64,000 nt of DNA from a virus (IMGVR_UViG_3300025398_000635:9666-73665); one strand, 5' to 3'. Numbered from the stretch's first letter, positions 10,190 through 19,861 are shown. Program-made: numbers and translations. The notes: a model not told the origin generated them from the letters alone.

Positions 10190-10890
10190 TTTAATATAAA
10201 TCTAAGATCGATATGCGTTTTTAAAAAATCTGCCACAAGCTCGTGTCCATTTTCCAGGGGATGATCACCAGGACCCCAATCTATATTAGGGAAGTTCATT
10301 ACATAATGCCTTAATGCCATAGTGACCATGTAATAAGTTAAATCCATTTGTGATACAAATAGGTCTTTTATATCTTGGCGCAACAACACCGTCTTTGTGT
10401 CAAACGTGTTAAGCATTAAGTAAGGAATATTATTTTTCTTTAGAAATGATTCTAATAATACTACTTGAGTTAAAAAATTTATAACATCAGTTTCATCGGA
10501 AGAATATCGTGTCCAAATTTTTTCAGCAAGTTTTTGATCATCCCCACGAGTCGATGCTGAAAAGTTAGTCCAGTTATTTTTTTCTTGACTAAACAATTCA
10601 AAACGATGTATCAATGTCCATGTAATAATAACAAGAGGTTTACGCCCTTCCAGTAATAATCTACTAATATCTTCAACAGTAGTTCTAACTATTCTTTGAT
10701 TACTACCACCTGGTGAAGCAGAATTTAACAACGGTAAATTATAATGCTTTGATAACAAGCCTGGAAAGGAATATGCTAATCTATGTGCTTCGCTTTCATC
10801 ACCTAGCTCTGATCCCCAAGCCCAACTATCGCCATTACAATATAAAATGTCGGGTGTAATTTCTTGAGGTGAAATGGTTATATGCTTCAT
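10186..10890 (-). CDS. SGNH/GDSL-like hydrolase or acyltransferase
   Basis: GDSW block I, GGSN block II, DHP block V. Confidence 0.65.
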   Translation of the reverse strand: MKHITISPQEITPDILYCNGDSWAWGSELGDESEAHRLAYSFPGLLSKHYNLPLLNSASPGGSNQRIVRTTVEDISRLLLEGRKPLVIITWTLIHRFELFSQEKNNWTNFSASTRGDDQKLAEKIWTRYSSDETDVINFLTQVVLLESFLKKNNIPYLMLNTFDTKTVLLRQDIKDLFVSQMDLTYYMVTMALRHYVMNFPNIDWGPGDHPLENGHELVADFLKTHIDLRFILK

Positions 10891-12500
10891 TTACGATCCT
10901 TTAAAAATTTAAGTAATGGATTAAAATAATCACGCATAACTTGCTTGTATATTAACAGCATATTTCCACTGACTTTCGGTACGTTTTCATACTCTTCCCA
11001 TGATAGTGAATCGAGCTCTTCCCAGGACCAATCTCCGTGATCAAATGCAGTATGTTTAAATACCCACTTACCTTTGCGTTTGATTGTACTTAGCCTAGCT
11101 TCCCAGTAGTCTGATACCGCTTTGGCTTCATCGTAGTTGGTAATATCAGTACCGTCATTCTTTTCCCAATACCAGGGGCGATTTATTGGGTCAGGCCAAC
11201 TATAACCCCACTTTTCAGCTTCACGTTCAAATTGACTAGTGACCTTATATCTATCTAAGGGATCCGGGGCATACTGCCGTAGTGGAACAAGACCGATAGC
11301 ATCGATAGGAGCATCTTCACGCATAAACCATTCGACAGATTCTGCAACGCTGGCACTATCTTCCCCCGGTAAACCTGTGATAAATTGGCTACTGATTAAC
11401 ACATCTCCGCCCCATACTGCTTTACAATCTATCAGAGCTTGTTTAAGTTTATCCGGACTTGCTCCTTTTTTAATTGCGCGACCTGCTGTTTTATTAAACG
11501 TTTCGATGCCTACTACAATATCTTTAAATCCACAGTCTTTAATAAGTTGCATTTGTTCGGGGTGACTCGCTATTAGATCTAATCTAAAAAATCCCCAGAA
11601 CGCAGGCTTAAATGGTAAACTTTTAACAATAGCTAAAAATGTTTCTAGTTTTTCTGTGCTGTCATTAAACGTGTCGTCGGTCACGTAGTATTTCCATACA
11701 CCCCAACGTTCCCAATTCTCTATAAGTTCTTCACGAATAAGTTCCGGGGTCTTTGTGTAATCAGCTACATTCTTTTGTCCTATTAACGGCCAAGTACAAA
11801 AACTGCAACTAAAACGGCACCCCCTGCCAACTTCTAATCCTAATCCTTCGTACGACTGTATAAAATCTTCTTCCTGATAGCGTGTAGTGCTGTAGACATA
11901 GTTGAATTGTTCTTTGTTACCCTGAGCTTTAGTATCGTAGTCCACAATAGTATTAAAGATGCGTTTGGGTCCTTGCCCACTAATGCTTAATACATAGTCA
12001 ACAAACATAGTTTCGGCCATACCTACAAAGTAATTATCAACTAACGGTGTACCAAAGTATTCCCAAGTCTTACTGCCGCCCATGACAATTTTGGTCTTAG
12101 GATTTAGATCTTTAATATACTGTAACCAAGGAAGACTGTTACCGTTGGCAAACTGTAGTGGTAAACCTTTTGCATACCATTCTTCATCTTCTAATTTTAA
12201 AAAATCCTGTGAGCTAGTCCTGGCATAACTGGCCTGTAATAATCTTGCTTTCTTTTGTCCTTCTACATCCTGCATACGGTAAGGGAAGATACTAGTGCTA
12301 AATCCTACAAACAGTGTCTCTGGACCTATAGCTAAATTCAATAACTCTTTGTACAAGTCAATGTCGATTGCAAAAGCCCAATCTAGTACAAGTATTTTAA
12401 ATCCATAGCGGCGCAGTTCGTTAGCAAGACGATGTACGCCATAGCCGCGACCGAGCCAATTTTGACTAGTACATTCTGTAATAAAAATTCCGTGGTACAT
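10887..12500 (-). CDS. B12-binding-domain radical SAM enzyme (class B-like)
   Basis: N-terminal B12-binding-like region (VGFSTS, VMGGS), GRGCRFSCSFC, DDTF, VGIET. Confidence 0.8.
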   Translation of the reverse strand: MYHGIFITECTSQNWLGRGYGVHRLANELRRYGFKILVLDWAFAIDIDLYKELLNLAIGPETLFVGFSTSIFPYRMQDVEGQKKARLLQASYARTSSQDFLKLEDEEWYAKGLPLQFANGNSLPWLQYIKDLNPKTKIVMGGSKTWEYFGTPLVDNYFVGMAETMFVDYVLSISGQGPKRIFNTIVDYDTKAQGNKEQFNYVYSTTRYQEEDFIQSYEGLGLEVGRGCRFSCSFCTWPLIGQKNVADYTKTPELIREELIENWERWGVWKYYVTDDTFNDSTEKLETFLAIVKSLPFKPAFWGFFRLDLIASHPEQMQLIKDCGFKDIVVGIETFNKTAGRAIKKGASPDKLKQALIDCKAVWGGDVLISSQFITGLPGEDSASVAESVEWFMREDAPIDAIGLVPLRQYAPDPLDRYKVTSQFEREAEKWGYSWPDPINRPWYWEKNDGTDITNYDEAKAVSDYWEARLSTIKRKGKWVFKHTAFDHGDWSWEELDSLSWEEYENVPKVSGNMLLIYKQVMRDYFNPLLKFLKDRK

Positions 12501-13303
12501 TAGTATGAATCCAAATGATCAATGCCCAGTTTTTTACGGAACTCATCTGTAAACTTGCCATCAATACGTAGACTATAGCTCTGTTCCATTATACGTTCAC
12601 CACCGTGCCAGTCCTGATCGTTCCACCAGGCAACTCGTGTATTTAGATATACCTTATTCTTAGTTTCCGGATCCCAGATATAAAATGCTTTTTTAGTGTT
12701 AGGACGTATGTGTATAAATTCATTACGGTGTAAAAATGTTTGATTCATACCATTCTTAGCATCTAAGTCTCTATGCTCAAACGGAATACCATCTGCTTCG
12801 CAATGGAAGAATATAACACGACCGATATCTTCAAACACTGTACCTACCAAACTTTCTATCCACTTAACTGTGTTGGGAAAATATTCTGCTTCAGGAGTTA
12901 GTTTGCGTGGTGCAGTACGATCATCCCACGATCCTTCTTCCCACAAATAGTAATATATGTAAGGGTCATATGCACCCATAGCCATTTTTAAAAATCTTGT
13001 AAACTTATTTCGCTGTTGGAAGTTTTTAAAATCTAATGGCATTAGTTTCATACCTGCTTCTTTAATAGGATCCCCGTCGGGCAATGCTGCAAATTCTTCA
13101 GCTGCCTTGTAGATAGGTTTCCAGTGAGGCTGATAACTCATATCTTCAAATGTAAAACCAGGAGCCATCCAAGTTCCTTCTTTGGCTTGATCACGTGCTA
13201 GAGCAAACCCGGTAAGTATTTCTGATTGTAGTTGATCAAACTCTGCCATATCTACATATTGAGCCAGATCATAGTATGGTTGCTTGTTTATACCTATAAT
13301 CAT
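12500..13303 (-). CDS. 2OG-Fe(II)/cupin oxygenase-like protein
   Basis: EHRD...WHGG...SLRIDG. Confidence 0.55.
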   Translation of the reverse strand: MIIGINKQPYYDLAQYVDMAEFDQLQSEILTGFALARDQAKEGTWMAPGFTFEDMSYQPHWKPIYKAAEEFAALPDGDPIKEAGMKLMPLDFKNFQQRNKFTRFLKMAMGAYDPYIYYYLWEEGSWDDRTAPRKLTPEAEYFPNTVKWIESLVGTVFEDIGRVIFFHCEADGIPFEHRDLDAKNGMNQTFLHRNEFIHIRPNTKKAFYIWDPETKNKVYLNTRVAWWNDQDWHGGERIMEQSYSLRIDGKFTDEFRKKLGIDHLDSY

Positions 13304-13902
13304 ATTTCACCCGTTATTGCTAGCAGATCTTCTATTCGATCTTTAGGTATCCTTGCAATTAGATTAACTCTATCCTTATTAGAATTATTAACCGTATCGT
13401 GAGGTAGTTCTACATCTAATCCCCAAGCACTACCATCGGGTGTAAATGTATAAGGAGTATTATTTAAAATAAACAAAGCATCTGATTCCCACTGTATGGG
13501 AATAATAATTACATATTGTCCCGGATCATTATGATTAACAACCTGCCCAGTGGGTGGCAATACAAACAAAGTCCAACGGAACGCGAATGGTATACGGTCT
13601 TTTAATCTCTTTACAACTCCGAACATTAGTTCAGTATCATACCAATCTACTGTAGGATGTTTAGTCTTTAACATTGATGGCGGCATAGACTTATCTGCCA
13701 TATTGCTTTGCATCATCCATCCGTGCATTAAGGTTTGTGATTTTTCGGCACATTCACTAGCAGCCACATTATCTAAATGGATGCTGTTATTTTCCCAAGT
13801 CCAATTTAAATGACTATATTGAGTTTTAACTTTGTTGTAATAGTCTACTAGTTCTGTTGGATCTACAGTAAAATTTAATTTGGTGACTTCAGAAATATTC
13901 AT
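13300..13902 (-). CDS. Asp/Asn beta-hydroxylase-like 2OG-Fe(II) oxygenase
   Basis: HND...PHDTVNNSNKDRVNL. Confidence 0.7.
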   Translation of the reverse strand: MNISEVTKLNFTVDPTELVDYYNKVKTQYSHLNWTWENNSIHLDNVAASECAEKSQTLMHGWMMQSNMADKSMPPSMLKTKHPTVDWYDTELMFGVVKRLKDRIPFAFRWTLFVLPPTGQVVNHNDPGQYVIIIPIQWESDALFILNNTPYTFTPDGSAWGLDVELPHDTVNNSNKDRVNLIARIPKDRIEDLLAITGEI

Positions 13903-13931
13903 AGTAGAACTATTTATAGCTAAGTATTTTC

Positions 13932-14627
13932 ATGATAAGCGGATACGAATACTACTATAATAATGTGCCAGGAGATGGCCTTTGCAGAAACAATCTCATT
14001 TATACCAGCCTCATTAGCCAGGATAAAAAAACATTTGTACAATGGTATCACAACGATACGGAGTATCATAAAGGACAAAATCAAGTAGTAGATCCAAAAT
14101 TAATGACAGCCAAATGGGAAAGAGAAATGCATTTTCTCCACAATATGGCATATCATTATCCAGACATGGTTCCTGAAATATTAGAAGTAAACGTCCCCGA
14201 ACGAAAAATATATCTTAAAATCGATGGGGTCGATTTTTGGCAACGGAGCTTAGACGGAGCTTGCAATTTTGATCAAATACTTCCAGACTGGCGTGAACAG
14301 ATGTTAGATATGTTTCGTGCATACAAAGCACATGGTTGGTACAAGTATAGTTTACACCCTAGTAGCTATTTTATCGTAGATGGCCGTCTTAAAAGTATAA
14401 ACTATTTCTTTACATATTCTAATAATGAAAAACCAATCACAGTCGCTGATCACCTGAGTCATATTAGTGAAGAGCGTCAAGTGGCAATGAAGACTATAAC
14501 AGATTATATGGGCATCGATTGGGATGAACCGCAATCGTTGTTTACTATGCAGATGCTGGCATTTGAAAGTTTTAGAAATAACTATCCAGATGACTTTATA
14601 GATCAGGCTAAAGATGTCTGGCTTTAA
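13932..14627 (+). CDS. Protein-kinase-like fold protein, paralog of 7290..7982
   Basis: Shared NLIYT, ERE, W.EQM, Y(K)SL(H/Y)P..YF motifs. Confidence 0.45.
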   Translation: MISGYEYYYNNVPGDGLCRNNLIYTSLISQDKKTFVQWYHNDTEYHKGQNQVVDPKLMTAKWEREMHFLHNMAYHYPDMVPEILEVNVPERKIYLKIDGVDFWQRSLDGACNFDQILPDWREQMLDMFRAYKAHGWYKYSLHPSSYFIVDGRLKSINYFFTYSNNEKPITVADHLSHISEERQVAMKTITDYMGIDWDEPQSLFTMQMLAFESFRNNYPDDFIDQAKDVWL

Positions 14628-15180
14628 AATAGTACCCTGGTCGGAAGATCTAGACCTCACAGAGTTCTATGCTGATGCAGCTCGTAGAGGATTCGATAAT
14701 AATTCAAGTCGTCAATCTCTAGTAGATTGTTTTCGTAACGAAAAATCGAAACAAGTATGGATACTTTATTATAATGATCGTGCAGTAGGTAGTGTTGCTG
14801 CCCATAGCTTTCCAGAAATGGGTGAAGATGCATTTAGGATTGCTGCTCGTACCTGTGTGTTTACAGATCAACTACCTGGGGCATATGGTTCGGCTTTACG
14901 TACAATAAGTGTTATTACAGAACATCAAAATCCCACAGCACAATTTTTAATACCTGCTTGTATAGAATGGTGTCCACCTTGGGCTGATCTGTACATAACA
15001 TCAAACGAAAGCCCTGTTGGCACACAGCGACTAGTACATAATATATTTGGCCCCGCAATGGAACGACAGGGTGTTATGAAAAGAATCAAAGAGCTAGACT
15101 ATAGAGGAACTAGGCAAACTGCCTGGCAATTTTTTCCTAATACCTTTTACGAACAATTAAGCATCTATCGACGCTGGTAA
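14614..15180 (+). CDS. GNAT-like acetyltransferase-fold protein
   Basis: VWILYYNDRAVGSVAAH...FRIAARTC pattern. Confidence 0.4.
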   Translation: MSGFKIVPWSEDLDLTEFYADAARRGFDNNSSRQSLVDCFRNEKSKQVWILYYNDRAVGSVAAHSFPEMGEDAFRIAARTCVFTDQLPGAYGSALRTISVITEHQNPTAQFLIPACIEWCPPWADLYITSNESPVGTQRLVHNIFGPAMERQGVMKRIKELDYRGTRQTAWQFFPNTFYEQLSIYRRW

Positions 15181-16236
15181 TTTAAAATCTTTAATGTCTG
15201 CTAGATTTACATAGTAGGCCATTTCTTTATTATAATCACTAATAAACGGTTCTTTCAAATACGGCTGCCATGGACCTGTTTGTAAATTACTATAGTCATG
15301 TTGTATGCGATAGCATAACCTATCCTTAATATCACCTAGTCTACGATGTAGTGTAATACTATTGTCAAATAGACAAAAATCGTTATTGCTTTGATACCAA
15401 TGATCGTAGATATATTTGTCTACAAATAGTTCTTTGTTTATTTCTGCAAATACACTATCACTTTCTTCTTTAGTCATACCTTTAATACTGTGAACTGTGT
15501 TTAATGAATAATGTAATCCTATGATACCCCCGGGACTACGCATTACCATAGGAATCTCTGTGTCATCTTCCGGACACATGTTGGCATGCATAACTTCATC
15601 TTGATCTTGACGTAGACCCGGATTGATACGTCCGGGTGTAAATCTATGTACTAGTATCATTTCATCTAATTCACTACGGAACGCATTGCTGACATTTTCA
15701 TAATAGTCAGGTGTAGTAAGAAATCCTGTACTAGATCCTATCATGTTTTCAGCACCTAATAATGCCACTCCGGGTGTGAATGTTAATGTACCACTTTCAT
15801 TGCTATGCCAAAGTAATTCACCTTCAGCAAACATACCCAGTGGGTTACCGTCTGAATCCCGCTTGCCGGTTACACGCATAACATGTCTGCCATCTGGCAT
15901 AAGTTCTTGCATACGACTAATACTTTGTAGTCGCTGTTTATCTATGTCATCTATGCTAGGATCATCCTGCAGAGCGGCACCGACGATTTCCTTCCAAGTC
16001 CTGCCTTGATATTTTTTAAGTAATAGATATCGAACACCGTATCGTGTATCACCAAATTGCTTGCAGAAATCTATCTCTCGATCCCAAGTTAGATTACAAT
16101 CACGAATGATAGTAACTAGATTTTCTAAATGTAGACGGCCAATTTCCAGCCATTCTTCATTGGTAATCGTAGTAAAGTCTACCTCATCGACAAAAACGCC
16201 GAATCTGCCTAATCCGGGTATCTTTGATACTTTCAT
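15157..16236 (-). CDS. TauD/TfdA-family 2OG dioxygenase
   Basis: LLWHSNES, STGFLTT, WYQSNNDFCLFDNSITLHRR. Confidence 0.85.
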   Translation of the reverse strand: MKVSKIPGLGRFGVFVDEVDFTTITNEEWLEIGRLHLENLVTIIRDCNLTWDREIDFCKQFGDTRYGVRYLLLKKYQGRTWKEIVGAALQDDPSIDDIDKQRLQSISRMQELMPDGRHVMRVTGKRDSDGNPLGMFAEGELLWHSNESGTLTFTPGVALLGAENMIGSSTGFLTTPDYYENVSNAFRSELDEMILVHRFTPGRINPGLRQDQDEVMHANMCPEDDTEIPMVMRSPGGIIGLHYSLNTVHSIKGMTKEESDSVFAEINKELFVDKYIYDHWYQSNNDFCLFDNSITLHRRLGDIKDRLCYRIQHDYSNLQTGPWQPYLKEPFISDYNKEMAYYVNLADIKDFKLPASIDA

Positions 16237-16237
16237 A

Positions 16238-16276
16238 AAAAAATCCTTAAATGTTTTTAGTATTTAAGGATTTTTC
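16238..16276 (-). promoter_or_regulatory. 15-bp perfect inverted repeat containing late box TAAATA and the TauD RBS; also terminator-like
   Basis: AAAAAATCCTTAAAT / ATTTAAGGATTTTTT. Confidence 0.65.
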
Positions 16277-16298
16277 TAATGCTAGTTAGTGTTATTGA

Positions 16299-17342
16299 TT
16301 AAGGTCCAGTAAATGCCACCCAAGCAGTACCGTTATACCCGTAGAAATGATTTAATTGTTGATCAAATATAATCATTCCCTTTGAAGGATTAGACGGATA
16401 AGATGAAGTATTGTATAAACCTGTTTGTATTACTGGAGCAGTTAATACACCAGTACTGCTGAATAATAATTGATTACGACCGCCACCTGTTTTAGTTGTA
16501 ATTACAACAAACGATCCAGGCACTGCACCAGTTGCTACTGTGCCGTTCGAATCTACTTCTGCTCCAAATGCTACAGCTTGACTATAATTTGATCCATCGT
16601 GTCCATATACAATAATACCACTCATTGTATCACCAGCGTGGACAGCTGAAGGAGAAGCAGGTGTTCCCCTTGACATATTTAAACTAATCCATGAGTCAAC
16701 TGGATAAACTTCTCCGTAGAAGTTTGCAAGAGGTTGACCGTTAGTAGTTTGGGATGAGCTTAATATTCCAGTAATACTGATATTACCGGTACCGGTGATA
16801 TTATGACTGTTAAGTGATAAATTGCCGCCTAAACCTGTTGATGCATTAATAGTTCCTGCAATATTAATATTACCTGTACCTGTGCTGGTAATATTATAGT
16901 TACCCATATTTAAACTGCCACCAAGACTTGGGTTAGTATCTGCACTAACACTTAAAATTCCTTCGCCTGTAAAATCAACTGTTGCGCTAATTGAGTGACT
17001 ACTTTGATTATAAACGAAACTAATATGTGAATGTGTACCGTTAGCGAATAATGCGGCTGCATCGCCTTGCGCTCTTGCTGTAGTATAAAATAAATTAGTC
17101 GATCCCTCAGTAAGTGAATCGCTACTTAGTGTAACACCATTTGCAGTAAAATCTATCTTCTTTGTAGATTGATTATATGTCAATCCGACACCTGCCATAG
17201 ACGCCATAGCGTTAATACCGCCGGCATGTATGCCGTCTCCAACCCATAACTGATTGCTATCTGTAGTCCAGATTAGTTCACCTGGATCAAAGGTTTTTGA
17301 AAGTCTATCAGTTTCGTTTCCGCGTCTAATTTGTAGCGACAT
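16299..17342 (-). CDS. Virion fibre-like protein with Mtd-N/hyaluronidase-type N-terminus
   Basis: LQIRRG...PGELIWTTDSNQLWVGDG; G/S/T/N-rich body; C-terminal GMIIFD...FYGYNGTAWV. Confidence 0.65.
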   Translation of the reverse strand: MSLQIRRGNETDRLSKTFDPGELIWTTDSNQLWVGDGIHAGGINAMASMAGVGLTYNQSTKKIDFTANGVTLSSDSLTEGSTNLFYTTARAQGDAAALFANGTHSHISFVYNQSSHSISATVDFTGEGILSVSADTNPSLGGSLNMGNYNITSTGTGNINIAGTINASTGLGGNLSLNSHNITGTGNISITGILSSSQTTNGQPLANFYGEVYPVDSWISLNMSRGTPASPSAVHAGDTMSGIIVYGHDGSNYSQAVAFGAEVDSNGTVATGAVPGSFVVITTKTGGGRNQLLFSSTGVLTAPVIQTGLYNTSSYPSNPSKGMIIFDQQLNHFYGYNGTAWVAFTGP

Positions 17343-17418
17343 GTGCTATCTCCGTTATTCTCTAATCAGTCAAATGATTATTATAGTGTATTTATTAAAC
17401 TGACAACTTTGTTAAGTC

Positions 17419-17445
17419 AAAAAAATAGGGCCCTAAGGCCCTATT
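17419..17445 (-). terminator. Intrinsic terminator
   Basis: AATAGGGCC-TTAG-GGCCCTATT followed by a T run. Confidence 0.8.
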
Positions 17446-17459
17446 AAACTGCTACTATA

Positions 17460-18065
17460 TTACATAGTAGGTCCGTTTCCGTTGCGAAACCCAATACTTC
17501 CACCCTCTGCTTCAATATTACGGATAACATCTTCAAACAAAATAGGTGCAAAATCGGGAGTTTGTTCTACGCAAACGCAATGGTAACGAACATCGTTTTC
17601 ATCGCTGTATAAAACTTCACCAGTTCTAGCATCAACTCCCCGGGCTTTTTTAACACGATTTGCGTGTAAATGTCCGTGAATGTTAACACCAAAACGTCCA
17701 AGACTTTCTGCGTGAACAGGAATATGGCTAAGGATCATACCGTTCATAACGTGATAAGCCCTAAGCTCTCTAAAGTACTGACGGTATTCGTCATCTCTAA
17801 AGATATCGTGATTACCACGAATTAGTACTTTATCACCGTTAAGTCTGGATAAGATTTTTAACGATCGACGATTGATGACAACATCACCTAAATGGTAGAC
17901 TTTGTCAGCGGGCTTTACCCGTTCGTTCCACGCCTTAACCATTGCTTCGTCCATTTCCTCCGCAGAATCCCATGGACGGAGTTTTGTAACACCATCGCTA
18001 CGAGTAAAGCGGCAAACACCAGCGTGACCAAAGTGCGTGTCGCTAACTAAAAATACACTAGGCAT
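17460..18065 (-). CDS. Calcineurin-like metallophosphoesterase
   Basis: SDTHFGH, HLGDV, GNHD, SHIP, HGHLH. Confidence 0.85.
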   Translation of the reverse strand: MPSVFLVSDTHFGHAGVCRFTRSDGVTKLRPWDSAEEMDEAMVKAWNERVKPADKVYHLGDVVINRRSLKILSRLNGDKVLIRGNHDIFRDDEYRQYFRELRAYHVMNGMILSHIPVHAESLGRFGVNIHGHLHANRVKKARGVDARTGEVLYSDENDVRYHCVCVEQTPDFAPILFEDVIRNIEAEGGSIGFRNGNGPTM

Positions 18066-18078
18066 AAGCCCTCCTTTA

Positions 18079-18240
18079 TTAGTGGACGGGCTGTTTTATC
18101 TCACATTCAACAACCCAGTTTTCAAAACGGGTAGCACCCGTTACATCTACCCCTAGCCCAACTGCTTCATTTACAAAATGCTGTAGTAGTGAATTATACA
18201 GCTCGTCGGGCATAGTATCTTTATCAAATATAATTTTCAT
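18079..18240 (-). CDS. Small hypothetical protein (53 aa, MKIIFDKDTMPDELYNS...)
   Basis: Hand-called; ATGA-coupled to the upstream stop. Confidence 0.6.
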   Translation of the reverse strand: MKIIFDKDTMPDELYNSLLQHFVNEAVGLGVDVTGATRFENWVVECEIKQPVH

Positions 18241-18563
18241 GCTGTTAGCCAATCCATTTCTTGTTCTAGTTCAATTGATTCGTTACCATCGTATTCATGA
18301 ATACGAAACTTAGTACCAACAGGTATCCAGCTTACTGCTAGGTCGTCAAAGCCTGAAACATATACATCTGGGTAGCGCATTGCCACGTAAGTATGGAACT
18401 CATCTTTTTTGTTATTCAAGATCATTTCAACTAGCATAGGATCAAACACTAACTCAGGAGTTTTTAAATTCCAAGTGTACCAACCAGCACCGAAACCTGG
18501 GGAAAATATCACTGCTACTTTGTCGTCTTTGATTAGTTTTTCCATATCGCTCTCCTTACTCAA
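18237..18563 (-). CDS. Hypothetical phage protein
   Basis: ORF behind a sigma70 promoter; internal AGGAG before MEKL. Confidence 0.7.
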   Translation of the reverse strand: MSKESDMEKLIKDDKVAVIFSPGFGAGWYTWNLKTPELVFDPMLVEMILNNKKDEFHTYVAMRYPDVYVSGFDDLAVSWIPVGTKFRIHEYDGNESIELEQEMDWLTA

Positions 18564-18569
18564 TAATAT

Positions 18570-18598
18570 ATTATACTACCAAAAGAGCAATTTGTCAA
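18570..18598 (-). promoter_or_regulatory. sigma70 (early) promoter TTGACA-N17-TATAAT
   Basis: Perfect consensus. Confidence 0.85.
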
Positions 18599-18611
18599 CC
18601 GAGCGTAAAAT

Positions 18612-18689
18612 TGGAGGTGCGGGTGAGATTCGAACTCACGGTTTTAGGGATTTGCAGTCCCTTGCATTGGGCCTCTCTGCCACCACACC
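18612..18689 (-). tRNA. trnC: tRNA-Cys(GCA)
   Basis: Cloverleaf, U73, encoded CCA. Confidence 0.93.
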
Positions 18690-19279
18690 TTAGGTTTTTT
18701 TAATTTTGAATTTATGTTTATTACTATTCTTCTTGATGTTGTGTTCGGAGTTGAACTTGAATGATACTGTAGCCCATCAAACCAAACAAAGGTATTTTCC
18801 TTTGGAGTAACAGTTTCTTCAACATTGTATACACGATCTGATTCGGACTCGTACCAATTGGTAGGTAAAAAATCAATACCATGCCTAAAACGTTCTTTAT
18901 AAAAGATTGTATCCCCATCTGAATCATTTAGATAAATCAATCCAGTCATGTGTGGAACATCCATATCAATGTGGGCTCCATGGACAAATGGGACATCTAA
19001 TGCAGTAATCATTCCTAATCTAATACGATAAATCAATGACAATGTTTGTCCGGTATTATCTAATGCAGATCTCACTGCTAGGTCCACTAGGTCATATAAT
19101 TCAGATGAAGGGCGACCATCTCCGTATATGTGATGTACATAACTAAAATTTAAATGTGCATTGTCGGCTGAAGAAGGATAGGCAGTATTAGGAGTAAAGA
19201 ACCAAGGTATTGAACCAAATACTTCCTGTTTTAATCTTTGAAAAATTAATGGTGAAATAGCATCGTGTTTGATATTCAT
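18644..19279 (-). CDS. 2OG-Fe(II) oxygenase; stop codon lies inside tRNA-Cys
   Basis: HIDM...LIYLNDSDGDT...FDGLQYHSS...RR. Confidence 0.8.
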   Translation of the reverse strand: MNIKHDAISPLIFQRLKQEVFGSIPWFFTPNTAYPSSADNAHLNFSYVHHIYGDGRPSSELYDLVDLAVRSALDNTGQTLSLIYRIRLGMITALDVPFVHGAHIDMDVPHMTGLIYLNDSDGDTIFYKERFRHGIDFLPTNWYESESDRVYNVEETVTPKENTFVWFDGLQYHSSSTPNTTSRRIVININSKLKKPKVWWQRGPMQGTANP

Positions 19280-19282
19280 GCA

Positions 19283-19861
19283 TTATCCTAATACGCTGTT
19301 AAATGCTATACTGATACGATCATGTCCGCTACGATTTGGTTGTGTATAGTGTAACAGCCAACTAGGAAATATAACTAATTTTCCAGCAGTCGGATGTTCA
19401 CTCCATTCTGCACTATTATAAAAATTATAGTTTTCAACAACACCATTTGGAATGGTATATACATGTTCAGCTACAGGATTATGCCATTCTAATTGGCCTG
19501 CTCCGGGTTCGGCTTTGACATAGAACACTCCTGAGAAAAAGCAACCAGGATGCTTGTGTGGTTTATTGTAGTGTCCTTCTTGATTGATATTAACCCAAGA
19601 GTCCTGGATCACCTGCTTGCAGTTATTTTTAAAGCCTAACTGCTGATGGAGTCCGTTAACCACTTGATCGATTTGATCGAACAATGGGCTGATAGCCGAG
19701 TCATTAGTGTCTAGATAGTGGCTATGATAGCCGCCTTCGTTACTGACGAACACTCCGGAATCTTGTTGTTGTACGTTATAGCAGTAGTCTTCAATAGACT
19801 TAAGATCAACTGTTAAAAAATCAATAAAGATAAAACTGCTAAAGATACTTTGTATTTGCAT
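19283..19861 (-). CDS. TIGR02466-like 2OG-Fe(II) oxygenase
   Basis: SWVNIN...HKHP..FSGVFYV...FPSWLLH...RISIAFN; start moved to ATG after tRNA-Val. Confidence 0.85.
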   Translation of the reverse strand: MQIQSIFSSFIFIDFLTVDLKSIEDYCYNVQQQDSGVFVSNEGGYHSHYLDTNDSAISPLFDQIDQVVNGLHQQLGFKNNCKQVIQDSWVNINQEGHYNKPHKHPGCFFSGVFYVKAEPGAGQLEWHNPVAEHVYTIPNGVVENYNFYNSAEWSEHPTAGKLVIFPSWLLHYTQPNRSGHDRISIAFNSVLG

